DNA of 21,478 bases from NCBI RefSeq assembly GCF_006345805.1, contig NW_021823710.1:1-21478 (forward strand). Reading direction: 5' to 3'. The stretch's first letter is position 1; each line of letters starts with the position of its first letter. The translations under genes and the position numbers were made by a program. This document shows, in pieces, positions 1 to 10,731 of this stretch. This DNA comes from Octopus sinensis (taxonomy: Eukaryota). Under the pieces are notes generated by a model. It was not told where the DNA came from, made no database searches, and saw only the letters and a program-made list of their open reading frames with translations.

Positions 1-248
1 TATTATATGTAATCCTTTCTTTCATTTACTACTTTGCTTAATTTATTCGGCAAAATCTTGTACGGTTTTAGTCGAAAACGACGGCGCCATCCTTATTTTT
101 TTAAAGTTTGACGAACTGACATATTAAGTTGACATAAACAACCCAACCACAGCTGTCAATCGATAGGGGTACAAATACCTGTAAAAGGTTTCACACCAAA
201 CTAAGTAACATCGACGTTAAATTTGGGCGAAAACCGTTGAAATTAGTT

Positions 249-342
249 TATATATATATATATATATAGGAAATACACACACATACATACCCACGTACGT
301 ACATATACCTATTGCATACATGTTTTTTATATGCATACCTGT

Positions 343-376
<34 letters not shown>
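249..376. repeat. (TA)n at 249-268 and (GT)n at 345-376 microsatellites
   Basis: Pure dinucleotide runs read directly. Confidence 0.95.
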
Positions 377-377
<1 letters not shown>

Positions 378-598
378 GCCCGTATATCAACAAAACACTA
401 TTTTTCCTCGATGGAAAAAATACAACAAAATTCTTAACAAAAACTTACTCGTCGCTATAAGGGGACCTAACTCCTGTTTGCAAACAATGGTGATTTCTCC
501 GACTTGAAAATTATTAAAAGTTTTGGTTGAAAATTTATTTTTACTGCTATTCGCTAGCGCCTCTGGTAAAAGTAAGTTGACGAAAAATTACATTCACG

Positions 599-697
599 TA
601 CACACACACACACACACATATCCTGCCTTTTATATATACAGATATGTGTGGGTACGTATGTATATATAAGTGTGTGTGTGTGCGCGCGCGCGTGTAC

Positions 698-732
<35 letters not shown>

Positions 733-746
733 TATATATATATATA
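599..746. repeat. Compound (CA)n/(GT)n/(CG)n/(TA)n microsatellite
   Basis: Read directly; explains the HT/YI/CV-rich ORF 547-798. Confidence 0.95.
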
Positions 747-806
747 AATGTATGTGTATTATTTCAATGTGTACAATTAACACGGAAAAAATAAACAAAT
801 AGTTAC

Positions 807-858
807 CTGGGTAGCAAAATCACATAAGTAGCAAAGATGTAACAGCCTACTTATAAAG
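807..858 (-). other. Candidate 52-nt exon (FISRLLHLCYLCDFATQ in its only open frame)
   Basis: Minus strand: cactaaac...ggaatttctag|C acceptor and CCCAG|gtaact donor. No homology recognised. Confidence 0.3.
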
Positions 859-930
859 CTAGAAATTCCAGGGTTTAGTGAAATGTTTTTGTATGAATAA
901 CACTTGCGTTTAACTCCATTTATTTATTTT

Positions 931-1063
931 TATACGTATATGTGTATGCGTATGTAAGTGTGTGCATATATATATATGTATGTATATACACACATGTATG
1001 TATGTGTATCTATCTATCTATCTATACATATATATATATATGTGTGTGTGTGTGTTTGTGCGT

Positions 1064-1112
<49 letters not shown>

Positions 1113-1126
1113 TATATACATATATA
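931..1126. repeat. Compound (TA)n/(TATG)n/(TCTA)n/(TG)n microsatellite
   Basis: Read directly. Confidence 0.95.
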
Positions 1127-1699
1127 GTTCAAATTTACAGAAAACAAAAGGCGAAGATAGGTGTAGGAACAAACAGTTGTTTTAGTTTGGCACTCAGGAA
1201 AAAATGGAAAATAAAACAATAGGGGGGCCCAAAGTTGGATCATAACTGACACAGAACAAAACCTGTGTGTATGTATTTGACGCCAACACCCAAATGTGCT
1301 GTCGCCAAAACAGACAGCGATGCCAAATACCAGTGTACAAACAGCCACGCCCACTTGTCTCATTTCGAAATGTTAGACGGCCTAGTTGCCTGAACACGAA
1401 CATTGTAGCTCATATCCACCCACGTTGACTTCTTGGAGCTGAAATCTCCTTTATAATATTATAATCTCCCTCGAGTGATCATGACAATTGTCGGTATAGG
1501 ATTTTTTCAATAACACATGTGTAGATTTTAAACTGTATGATTGTTGATAAATGAACAGAATTTCATGTTTTTCTCCAGGTTATGTCTGTCACATCTCGTT
1601 TGGTTGGGATCTTTTTCAGATTATAAATAAGGCAACGTAAATCTGTATTTCTAACATCTAAAGACTACATGTGCACGATGTTCACATTTTGTGTAGAAA

Positions 1700-1702
<3 letters not shown>

Positions 1703-1733
<31 letters not shown>

Positions 1734-1854
1734 ACCTGCCGTCTTTTCATTATTGAATCCACTCATATATGTGTGTATATGTATTTATGTATGTATGTAT
1801 GTATGTGTATGTATGTATGTATGTATGTATATATAAATATATATATATATAATA

Positions 1855-1912
<58 letters not shown>

Positions 1913-1915
1913 ATA
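1703..1915. repeat. (TA)n/(TATG)n microsatellites with a short unique spacer
   Basis: Read directly. Confidence 0.9.
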
Positions 1916-2100
1916 TCAATATCATGATAGATCGTTAGCCATAACACATATTTTCGCTCCTCGTTTTTTCATGTGTCCCTTTCTGTAGAAGAGCGTAGAC
2001 TCGAAATGTAGAAGACTTTTTCTATTCCTGAGCGTTATACTAATACATCTGCTTGTTTTGTACACACCTGTCTTCGTCTTGTGTTGTTTTCGTAAACTCT
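1916..2100 (+). mobile_element. Putative Penelope-like element terminal remnant with a degenerate hammerhead-like motif
   Basis: cttt-CTGTAGA-a-gag-cgtaga-ctc-GAAA-t-GTA-gaag (1979-2014) follows the layout of minimal type-I hammerheads of Penelope-like elements. Embedded between (TA)n/(CT)n tracts. No RT or GIY-YIG ORF seen. Confidence 0.45.
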
Positions 2101-2146
2101 CTCTCTCTCTCTCTCCTCTCTCTCTTCTCTATATATATATATAATA

Positions 2147-2180
<34 letters not shown>

Positions 2181-2184
2181 ATAT

Positions 2185-2218
<34 letters not shown>
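2098..2218. repeat. (CT)n followed by (TA)n
   Basis: Read directly. Confidence 0.95.
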
Positions 2219-2219
<1 letters not shown>

Positions 2220-2306
2220 ATGTAGGATAAAAGTTTTTCGAAAAAAAAAATGTTATCAATAGCCAAGCCATATTAAAAAATACCTTTAAAGGTTAAATTT
2301 ATAAAC

Positions 2307-2446
2307 AACTTATAAATAAGGGCAAACGAAAACATTTCTAATGCCAAATATGCCGAATTAGACACATTATCCATAACCATGAGCAATGTGTCTAATTTCG
2401 GCATATTTGGCATTAAAATTTTTTCGTGTGCCCTTATTTATAAGTT
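2307..2446. repeat. Palindromic MITE-like/fold-back element, 62-bp arms, 16-nt loop
   Basis: 2307-2368 is the reverse complement of 2385-2446 with about 4 differences. The right arm abuts (TA)n; another (TA)n tract ends about 90 bp left of the left arm. Confidence 0.85.
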
Positions 2447-2467
2447 ATATATATATATATCTATATA

Positions 2468-2505
<38 letters not shown>

Positions 2506-2507
2506 TA
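2447..2507. repeat. (TA)n
   Basis: Read directly. Confidence 0.95.
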
Positions 2508-3063
2508 ATGGAAATAGTTACAAAAAGAAAATAGAAACTACACGTGGAAATGTAAGGGGAAAGTAAGAAGAAAAATAAGCGAAAATGCACATTGGAAGTC
2601 AAAAAAGTAAAGGCTTCTTATGAACAGTAACGATAGATGCATATATACAATTAGATGAACTGAGAAATAATAAAAGTCATTATTGTGAATTGTTAAAGAG
2701 ATTCAAAAGCATACCGGTTTCGTGAATTACTAATCATTGCTTTGAATGCACACCGATTAATGAACAGTGTCAGCTCTACTAGTCTCTTAGTAAAACGATT
2801 ATGTGTAAGGAATGTACGTAGTTCTGGTTTTGGTGCAATTAGGGTAGATATAGATCTGTAATTTGAATTGTGTATGGGATGTATGGGGGTTAGTGGTATT
2901 AATTTAAAGGATAGTAGTGTATATATGTGTATGTGGTGTGTGTGTGTGAGTCAGTGGATTCGATAATGAAAAAACGACGGGCGACAAAATGAAGGCAAGA
3001 AGCGAAAGAAGGAAAAATTAAGTTCTACCGACGCTATATTTAACAAATAGCGTCGGTAGAACT

Positions 3064-3155
3064 TATATATACATACGTATGTATGTATATATATGCATGT
3101 ATGTATGTACATATGTATATATATGTACATGCATATATAGGCATATATATAACGA

Positions 3156-3187
<32 letters not shown>

Positions 3188-3389
3188 CATATATATATCT
3201 ATATATTTATATGTGTGAGCATGTGTGTGTGACTGTAGACACCTATATCTACGTATGTATATGTATATATATTTTATATATTATAATCATATAATGTATA
3301 TATATGTTTATATATATGTGTATTATATATGTATATATAATAATTTATATACAATAATAATAATAATGATGATGTGAGATGATAATAAT

Positions 3390-3422
<33 letters not shown>

Positions 3423-3423
3423 A

Positions 3424-3459
<36 letters not shown>
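3064..3459. repeat. (TA)/(TATG) degenerate tract followed by (AAT)n at 3353-3459
   Basis: Read directly; explains the YI- and poly-I ORFs. Confidence 0.95.
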
Positions 3460-4526
3460 GTAAGAACTGTATGAAAGACTGAGAACAAGCTGCGTCAAAC
3501 AGTATGACGGGTCTATTAGTCCTCTGAGGATGGTTGAGATCGATTCGGCTCGACTTAGCGATGGATGGCATCAAGAAAATTGATTGATTTGCCTTGGGAT
3601 TTTAATGTCAGATTCAATAGAAAATGTTCTGAAGTTAAAGGCTGCAACTTTGCTTTCGTCTAACCTCTTAAAAATTCAAGAGATTTCTACTTTGTGATGA
3701 AAGAATTGTCCAAGTGTTTCGGTTTGTTTTGGTTTTTGTTTTTTGGTTTTTTTACTAGTCATAGTCATGTTAAACATTTATTTTTGCGTAAAAAGAGAAA
3801 GAAATATGTTGAAACAAAAAAGAAAAAAAATAACAATAATTTATGGTTCGAGTTTTTGGTGTTGATATTAAAAGCCCTGAATGTTCTTGTTGATGTCTTT
3901 TTGTTTGTGTTTAGACATTGTGTTGTTAATATTCTAGCTGTTGTTTCGCCTTCATTTATATTTGCTGTAACACAATTTTTGTTGTTGTTGGTGTTGCTAT
4001 TAACATTGTTGTTTTTGCTGTTTCTTATTGTTAACGATGTTGTTTATTTCCGTTGTTGTTTTTTGCTGTTTGTTTTTACAACACCCGATCAATGAGGCCT
4101 TTTATTCAAAGAATTCAAGGCGTGTTTCAAGCCAATATCTTCCTTGGTTCTTTGGTTATCTGGGCCCCTATTATCTCAGGTGACCTTCAGCCTTGTGCTT
4201 TTACGATAGCGAAATGCAATATGAGGGAAAATATTCGCTTGGCTACTATTTCAGGCAGAGGGACTGATCACAGAGAAGCTTCTATTTCGGTTCGATAATT
4301 TATGATTATGTTCATATTTAAATTCTTTTTCTGTTTTAATGGTGTTTCTCAGAAAGAAGGTCTGTGTGCACGAATGTGAAGGCTTTCCACCATGTCAGAC
4401 CAGAGAAATCGATGCAACTAGCATTTTCAAGGCGAGTTGGTAGTAAAGACCTACATTTAGGAGAACTATAGATGCAGCATCATGGCCGTGCTCTCGTTAC
4501 TAAATCCCGTTTGCCTCAAAGAATAT

Positions 4527-4897
4527 TGGCGTAGTTAAGAAACTTGTTTTGTAACCACTTGTTTTCGAGTTCAATCTCACTGTACGATATCTGTGGTAAG
4601 TGTGAACTAGTATATTCTGGAACGGACAAATGCCTCAAGTCTGTTGTGAGTGAAATTGGTCGGAGGAAACTGAAGAAAGCCCGTCATATATGTATGTGTG
4701 TAAGTGTGCATATGCCTGTTTGTGTATACCTCTGTGTGTGTTTGTGTGTGTGAGTGTGTGTTACAGAGAGACAAACAGACAGACAGACAGAAAGAGGTTG
4801 TGAGTAAGAGAGTTTTGCGTTTGTTTCACCCACACCGCTTGAAAAACGTGCTGGTTTGTTTACGTCCCCGTAAAATAGCGGTTCAGCAAATGAGAAC
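4527..4897 (+). mobile_element. Diverged SINE family C copy (head, central GT/GACA microsatellite, tail)
   Basis: ggaaactgaagaaagcccgtcatatat and gctggtttgtttacgtccccgtaaaatagcggttcagcaaa match the reverse complement of the 5921-6321 copy. Confidence 0.75.
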
Positions 4898-4901
4898 AAA
4901 A

Positions 4902-5030
4902 GGTCGACTTTGCCTTTTATCATTTCGGGGGGTCGATAAACTAAGTACCAGTTGCATACTGGGGTCGTTCTAATCGACTGGCCCCCACCCTCAAAAATTC
5001 CGGGCCTTGTGCCTAGAGTAGAAAAGATTA
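4902..5030 (+). mobile_element. SINE family B 3' half
   Basis: ggtcgactttgccttttatcatttcgggggtcgataaactaagtaccagttgcatactggggtcg aligns to the 17632-17853 copy. Confidence 0.85.
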
Positions 5031-5243
5031 TAAAGAATTAACTGTTGTTTGGAGAGCAAGGGTTTACGTTGCTGAAAATTATTGGTTTTGAAAGGACTAG
5101 GCAGTTGTTTGACAGGGTCAATATTGCTGAATTTGTTAAATCTGAGAAAATGTAATCCGAGACATCATGGAGAAAATCTGGTATGATCACGCCTCCTGGA
5201 TTATTTTGAATAATCGTTTCATATCTTAGCAGAAGGCCAAAAG

Positions 5244-5410
5244 TTTTGAGGGGAAGGGTAATTCGATCCCATCGATGCAGTGCATGATTTGTATTTATTT
5301 GATCGACTCCGAGGAAATGTAAGGTAAAATCAACCACGACGGAATTTGAAATCAGAACATAACAAAGCAGAGCATTTAGTCCGACGTGATAACCACTATG
5401 CCAACTCCCC
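5244..5410 (-). mobile_element. Diverged SINE family B copy
   Basis: gatcgactccgaggaaatgtaaggtaaaatcaaccacgacggaatttgaaatcagaac is a degraded reverse complement of the family B body. Confidence 0.7.
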
Positions 5411-5920
5411 TACCATATGATAGCTTTTAATAATAGCTTTGGTTGTCCGGGATAGAAACAAGATAGAACAACAACAACAAAAATCAGCAACAACGATCTT
5501 ATTTGAAGGACTAAGCACAACACTTCAGCTAAAACAACAGCAACAGCAACAGTTTAAACAATAACAGAACGTGAACAACATTCCGGGTTTTAATAACAAC
5601 AGCGAAAACAACAACAACAAAAGCCATAAAACTATTATTTTTCTTTGTCACACTTTGTTCTCGAACGAAAGTTTCAAATTACATTTAAGATGCCAATAGG
5701 CTTCGACAATTCTTTGAACACGCACTAGAAATCTCTTAATTTTTAAGATGTTAGACGAAAACAAAGTTACTGTCTTTCAAATCTGAATATTTTCTTTGGA
5801 ATCTGGCATTAAAATTCCTTCACATGATAATTCCTAATAGACAATGAATGGTTCGCAATATGGTCGCTGCATTAAGAGAACCACTAGAACATTGAGCTAG
5901 AGTCCTTTGCGGTATTAAAC

Positions 5921-6321
5921 TACTTACTCTCTTACTTTCTTACTTGTTTCAGTCATTTGACTGCGACCATGCTGGAGCACCGCTGTTAGTAGAGCAAATC
6001 GACCCCGGGACATATTCTTGTAAGCCTAGTACTTATTCTATCGGACTCTTTTGCCGAACCGCTATGTTACGGGGACGTAAAGACACCAGCATCGGTTGTG
6101 AAGCAATGTTGGGGGACAAAAACAGACGCACGAACATACTCACACACACGCATGTATATATATAGATATATATGACGAGCTTCTTTCAGTTTCCGTCTAC
6201 CAAATCCACTCACAAGGCTTTGGTCGGCCCGAGTTGCCCAAAGAACCACACAGTTGGACTGAACCCGGTACCATGTGGTTGGTAAGCAAACTATTTACTA
6301 CACACCCACTCCTGCGCCTAT
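5921..6321 (-). mobile_element. Near full-length tRNA-derived SINE family C
   Basis: On the minus strand: head ataggcgcaggagtgggtgtgtagta (A-box-like) and gggttcagtcc (B-box-like), central TA/CA microsatellite, short (AAGT/AAGAG)-type tail. The head is shared with the 14634-14788 copy. Confidence 0.9.
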
Positions 6322-6333
6322 CCACACAGTGAT

Positions 6334-6425
6334 TCCTTTATTCACCCTGTTGATATCGATTAACAAAGTAAATACATCGATCAGGTATTGCAATCGATGC
6401 ATCGACTATTGACCTCCTCGAAAAT
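6334..6425 (+). mobile_element. Highly decayed SINE family B fragment
   Basis: Spacing of the atcgat/atcgac motifs and the ending gacctcctcgaaaatg follow the family B tail. Confidence 0.4.
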
Positions 6426-7096
6426 GCGTAGCTGTGTACCGTTGTTAAAACAATATACTTGTTGTAGATACATTTGACAGACATAAGATATGTGAATTCG
6501 AACAATTTAGCTGTTATTTCTAGCAGTTACAGCATCTCACTAGATGATGCATGATTGATGCTTGGTTCCCAGTTCAGAATAGAACGCAGCAAGGCAAGCG
6601 AACTAATGAAACGCATACATACTTTAACATGTTGCCGCTAATTGGAACGGTAATATTTTCCTATTAAGCTGTGTTGACAGATAAATGGTAGTTCCGGCCG
6701 CAAATGCAGAGCATTTCTGATGCCAGTACACATACGTCCACAGCTTGTTGTCTGCTAATTTATTCCTGCAGTAGAGCTGAGCTGAGAATTTGAAGTGGCA
6801 GACGTTAATATCATGAAATTGCCGCAGCTGGAAATTGGAAATCTACAGCGAATCACGTGTAGTGTTGGTGTGTTTCTCACGGAAGAGGACAACGTATTAT
6901 GTTATATTGAAAAGACTAAAAATATGCTACGTATATAGATTTCCGAAAATTGTTAGCAGCAGTTCAATTTTTTGACGAACAATAATATCAGATTACCGAA
7001 CGACTGGTTGTTTCCGCGTCTATAATGATACACGTACGATATATTTCTTTCAAACTTTCACACAAGGTCAGCAATATTTTAAAGGAGGGATAAGAC

Positions 7097-7248
7097 AGTT
7101 ACATCGACCCCATGTCTCTAGTGATACATATATATTTTTATCGCTCTCTAAAAGACAACGACGGCTTCGGCGGTATTTGAACCCGGAATTTAAAGCCCGA
7201 AGATTATCGCTAGGCATTTTAGTGGACTCGCTAACGACTCTGCCAGCG
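7097..7248 (-). mobile_element. Diverged SINE family B copy
   Basis: agttacatcgacccc...ggcggtatttgaacccgg...gctaacgactctgccagc is the reverse complement of family B. Confidence 0.7.
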
Positions 7249-7344
7249 AACTGATTTTAATAGTTTTAGATCTTGACAAAGATTTATAGCGAATGGGCAA
7301 TTCGTTTACATCCAGCTCAGAAATCAGCTGGTCCCTTAGTTTGC

Positions 7345-7461
7345 GTTTCAGGAAATGAGGGTAGGCAGTGTTATTTGAACTAAGAACGTAAAAGGCTGGA
7401 GAAAATATAACTGAACGTTATTCTTCCTGATGGCCTAATGACTTCGCCAGCTCGCCGCCTT
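7345..7461 (-). mobile_element. Diverged SINE family B 5' part
   Basis: tttgaactaagaacgtaa...ctaatgacttcgccagctcgccgcctta is the reverse complement of the family B head. Confidence 0.6.
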
Positions 7462-8125
7462 ACAAAGACGAAATGACAATATACTACATTATTTACATTA
7501 TTTACACTATTTACATTTGACGGCTATTGTATGGATATTCGGTCATATTTGTTAGAAATAAGTTTTGTTGCTGTAGGCGAACACATACAAGCATATCCAC
7601 CACAAACACACACACGCATATCTACCACAAGCAGCAAATAGAAGGAATAAAGAAGGAGAGACTGAGAGAGATATCGCAATTTCATATTTGGACACGATTA
7701 CCAGAAACACTCTCCCTCTCTTCATAGACGATTATACAAATATGCTCACAGACATGAAAAGGGGAAGAAGAAGGGAAAGATATAGAGGAGGGTCTCGGAG
7801 AGAACGAGAGAAAACTAAGAAAGCCCTGTGTCAAATAAGTCAGCGTTGAATCAACCAGCGCCGCAACGGCTGCGCCAAAATTTTTTGCACCTAAATAAGA
7901 CTATCCTCGCCTCCCCATAAAAAGTTAAATCTACCACTTAAATGTTAGGCCTAAAACATGAACAGTATTGGAACCACTCAAAAGTATTACAACGGCTTGT
8001 TTATTGCGCATTAACACACTTCACTGCATTACTTAAAACAAAACATTAATTTTAACAATATCCCAGCGTCGATATTTCATTTATATGTATTTCATTAATA
8101 AAAACAAAACTATATAAAACGCTTT

Positions 8126-8777
<652 letters not shown>

Positions 8778-9312
8778 GTACGTATACATAAATATTGTAC
8801 GTATTACTTGCGCGCGAGCGCTGTGTGTTAAATAATATTATTTTAATATTATACTGTGATAGAATGCTCTATTTTGATGTAATACTGCATAATATAAATT
8901 CTGATTATTTTACTATTTTTTGAATTCTTTCTTTTCTGTGTGTGTGAGAGAAAATTAATAGTGTAAGATATGTTCTGTATTGTATATTCGAATATTCGAT
9001 TTAATTGATCCCCAAAAATTGGTGCACCTTTAATTTATTCATTGAAATCAAGAATGAACCATGGAACCGGTTCAAATGTAAGATATACGAAACGTGAACG
9101 TAACAGGATGCGATGTGTACTCTTAAATCTTCGTTTCCTGATATTTGCACACGGCAGTGTTTTGTCGGGTGGATTGGCGAAAGAAGATGAGGCTGCCTCA
9201 AGTACGATACCTGGGTGTTAGTTTGACGACAAGAAGCGTTTAAATTCTCAAGAACTTTTCGAACGATTCTTGCTGCATAAAGAATGGTTTATTTATTTAT
9301 TATTTTGTGTCT

Positions 9313-9719
9313 GTGGAGGCGCAATGGCCCAGTGGTTAGGGCAGCGGACTCGCGGTCGTAGGATCGCGGTTTCGATTCCCAGACCGGGCGTTGTGAGTAT
9401 TTGTTGAGCGAAAACACCTAAAGCTCCACAAGGCTCAGGCAGGGGGTGGTGGTGATCTCTGCTGTACTCTTTCACCACAACTTTCTCTCACTCTTACTTC
9501 CTGCTCTGTTGTGCCTGTATTTCAAAAAGACGGCCTTGTCACTCTCTGTGTCACTCTGAATATCACTCTCTGTGTCACGCTGAATATCTCCGAGAACTAC
9601 GTTAAGGGTACACGTGTCTGTTGAGTGCTCAGCCACTTACACGTTAATTTAGCAAGCAGGCTGTTCCGTTGATTCGGATCAACGGGAACCCTCGTCGTCG
9701 AAACCGACGGAGTGCTTCC
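9313..9719 (+). mobile_element. Full-length tRNA-derived SINE family A
   Basis: A box TGGCCCAGTGG and B-box-like GGTTTCGATTCC. About 90% identical by eye to the reverse complement of 14170-14555. Internal 24-nt tandem duplication at 9539-9586. Confidence 0.95.
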
Positions 9720-9749
9720 ATTTTGTATGTTTGTGTGTGTGTCTTGTAG

Positions 9750-9862
9750 GACGACGATGTGAACAGCAGTTTCAATATCCATCAGCGTCAAACTCTTAGT
9801 CATAAATTGGTTGTTGTGCCAAGTGCACGAACAACCGCCGTCTTCAACAATCTCTGCGCCAG
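9750..9862 (+). other. Candidate 113-nt exon (DDDVNSSFNIHQRQTLSHKLVVVPSARTTAVFNNLCA)
   Basis: gtcttgtag|G acceptor, CCAG|gtaaaa donor, one open frame. No homology recognised. Confidence 0.25.
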
Positions 9863-10002
9863 GTAAAATGCTAAGTGGCAACTCTCTTCCGCCTTTACAT
9901 TCTGAACTGAAATGTCGATGAGGTTGTCTCTGCTGTTCGTCATTTTGAATTCGAGGAAACAAGTATCGTTTAATTATTGGAGTCAATGTATCGACTAAAC
10001 AC

Positions 10003-10050
10003 ATTATTATTATTATTAGTATTATTAGTATTATTATTATTAGTATTAGT

Positions 10051-10087
<37 letters not shown>

Positions 10088-10254
10088 CCATTATTAACAT
10101 TGTTGTTGTTGTTGTTCTTGTTCTTGTCATTTATCTTCTCAGATCTCTCTATTTCACTGTTGCGGTTAATTCTGCAGGAGAGGACATCAACCTGCATTCA
10201 AGTGCTCACAGAATCTTTGCACGATACTTAACATCCAAATATCAATCTCATTAC

Positions 10255-10332
<78 letters not shown>

Positions 10333-10345
10333 CTTTATTATTATT
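10003..10345. repeat. Compound (ATT/AGT)(ATC)(GTT) trinucleotide tract at 10003-10126 and (ATT)n at 10256-10345
   Basis: Read directly. Confidence 0.95.
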
Positions 10346-10449
10346 TTGAAAGGATTGACGTAACTCTTCGCGTAATTTCTGCAGTGTATACCATCAAAAT
10401 GACCCAAGCGTACAAACATACGAAACCTCGTACAGTCGTCATGAACAAC

Positions 10450-10624
10450 ATGTTTAGCGACATTTCGTCCGTCCTTACATTCTGAGTTCCAATTCCGCCG
10501 AAGTTGACTTTGCCATTCATAATTTCAGGGCCAGCAAAATAAGTACCAGTTGTGCGCTAGGGTCGATGTAATCGATTTAACCCTCCCCCTAAAATTGCCA
10601 GCTTTGTACTAAAATCTAAAATCA
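10450..10624 (+). mobile_element. Diverged SINE family B copy
   Basis: tgagttccaattccgccgaagttgactttgcc...aagtaccagttg...ggtcgatgtaatcgatt aligns to 17632-17853. Confidence 0.85.
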
Positions 10625-10731
10625 GGAACCGAGAAACTAAACCCTAAACACAACACAAATTGATGCAACCCTCCATAAACAAGAAGAATCTATAGATCCC
10701 CTCAATACTCACGGGTATAAGAACGTATTAC

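Noticed and set aside
1263-1438. Minus-strand frame open except for a single TGA (…SNISK*DKWAWLFVHWYL…), suggesting selenocysteine or readthrough
   Set aside because: No resemblance to a known selenoprotein family, no SECIS identifiable, and splicing to the next candidate exon hits a stop at once.
1579-1636. Plus-strand exon candidate after a strong acceptor (tttttctccag|G), giving YVCHISFGWDLFQIINKA
   Set aside because: Moderate donor only, no phase-compatible partner exon and no recognised homology.
2508-2915. Possible decayed Penelope GIY-YIG end on the minus strand (…KRLVELTLFINR…)
   Set aside because: Similarity is too weak and short to support; no second copy in the window.
3470-3650. 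SINFLD motif on the minus strand reminiscent of a Penelope RT
   Set aside because: Isolated 6-aa match surrounded by stops; the neighbouring RT motifs are not recoverable.
5038-5337. 99-aa minus-strand ORF that looks protein-like
   Set aside because: Its ATG and first third lie in a decayed SINE B; the remainder has no recognisable domain or splice context.
6355-6406. Cluster of ATCGAT (DRE-like) motifs
   Set aside because: Explained by a decayed SINE B tail, which naturally contains these motifs.
6620-6770. Minus-strand 30-nt and 38-nt micro-exon-like segments with gtatgt donors
   Set aside because: Competing upstream AGs and no supporting homology; such sites are common by chance here.
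9140-9170. GGCAGTG miR-34-like seed in a loose hairpin
   Set aside because: The rest does not match miR-34 and the pairing is poor.
9313-9390. tRNA-like A/B boxes (also in the SINE B and C heads)
   Set aside because: They continue into SINE bodies present in several copies; no complete cloverleaf, so not tRNA genes.
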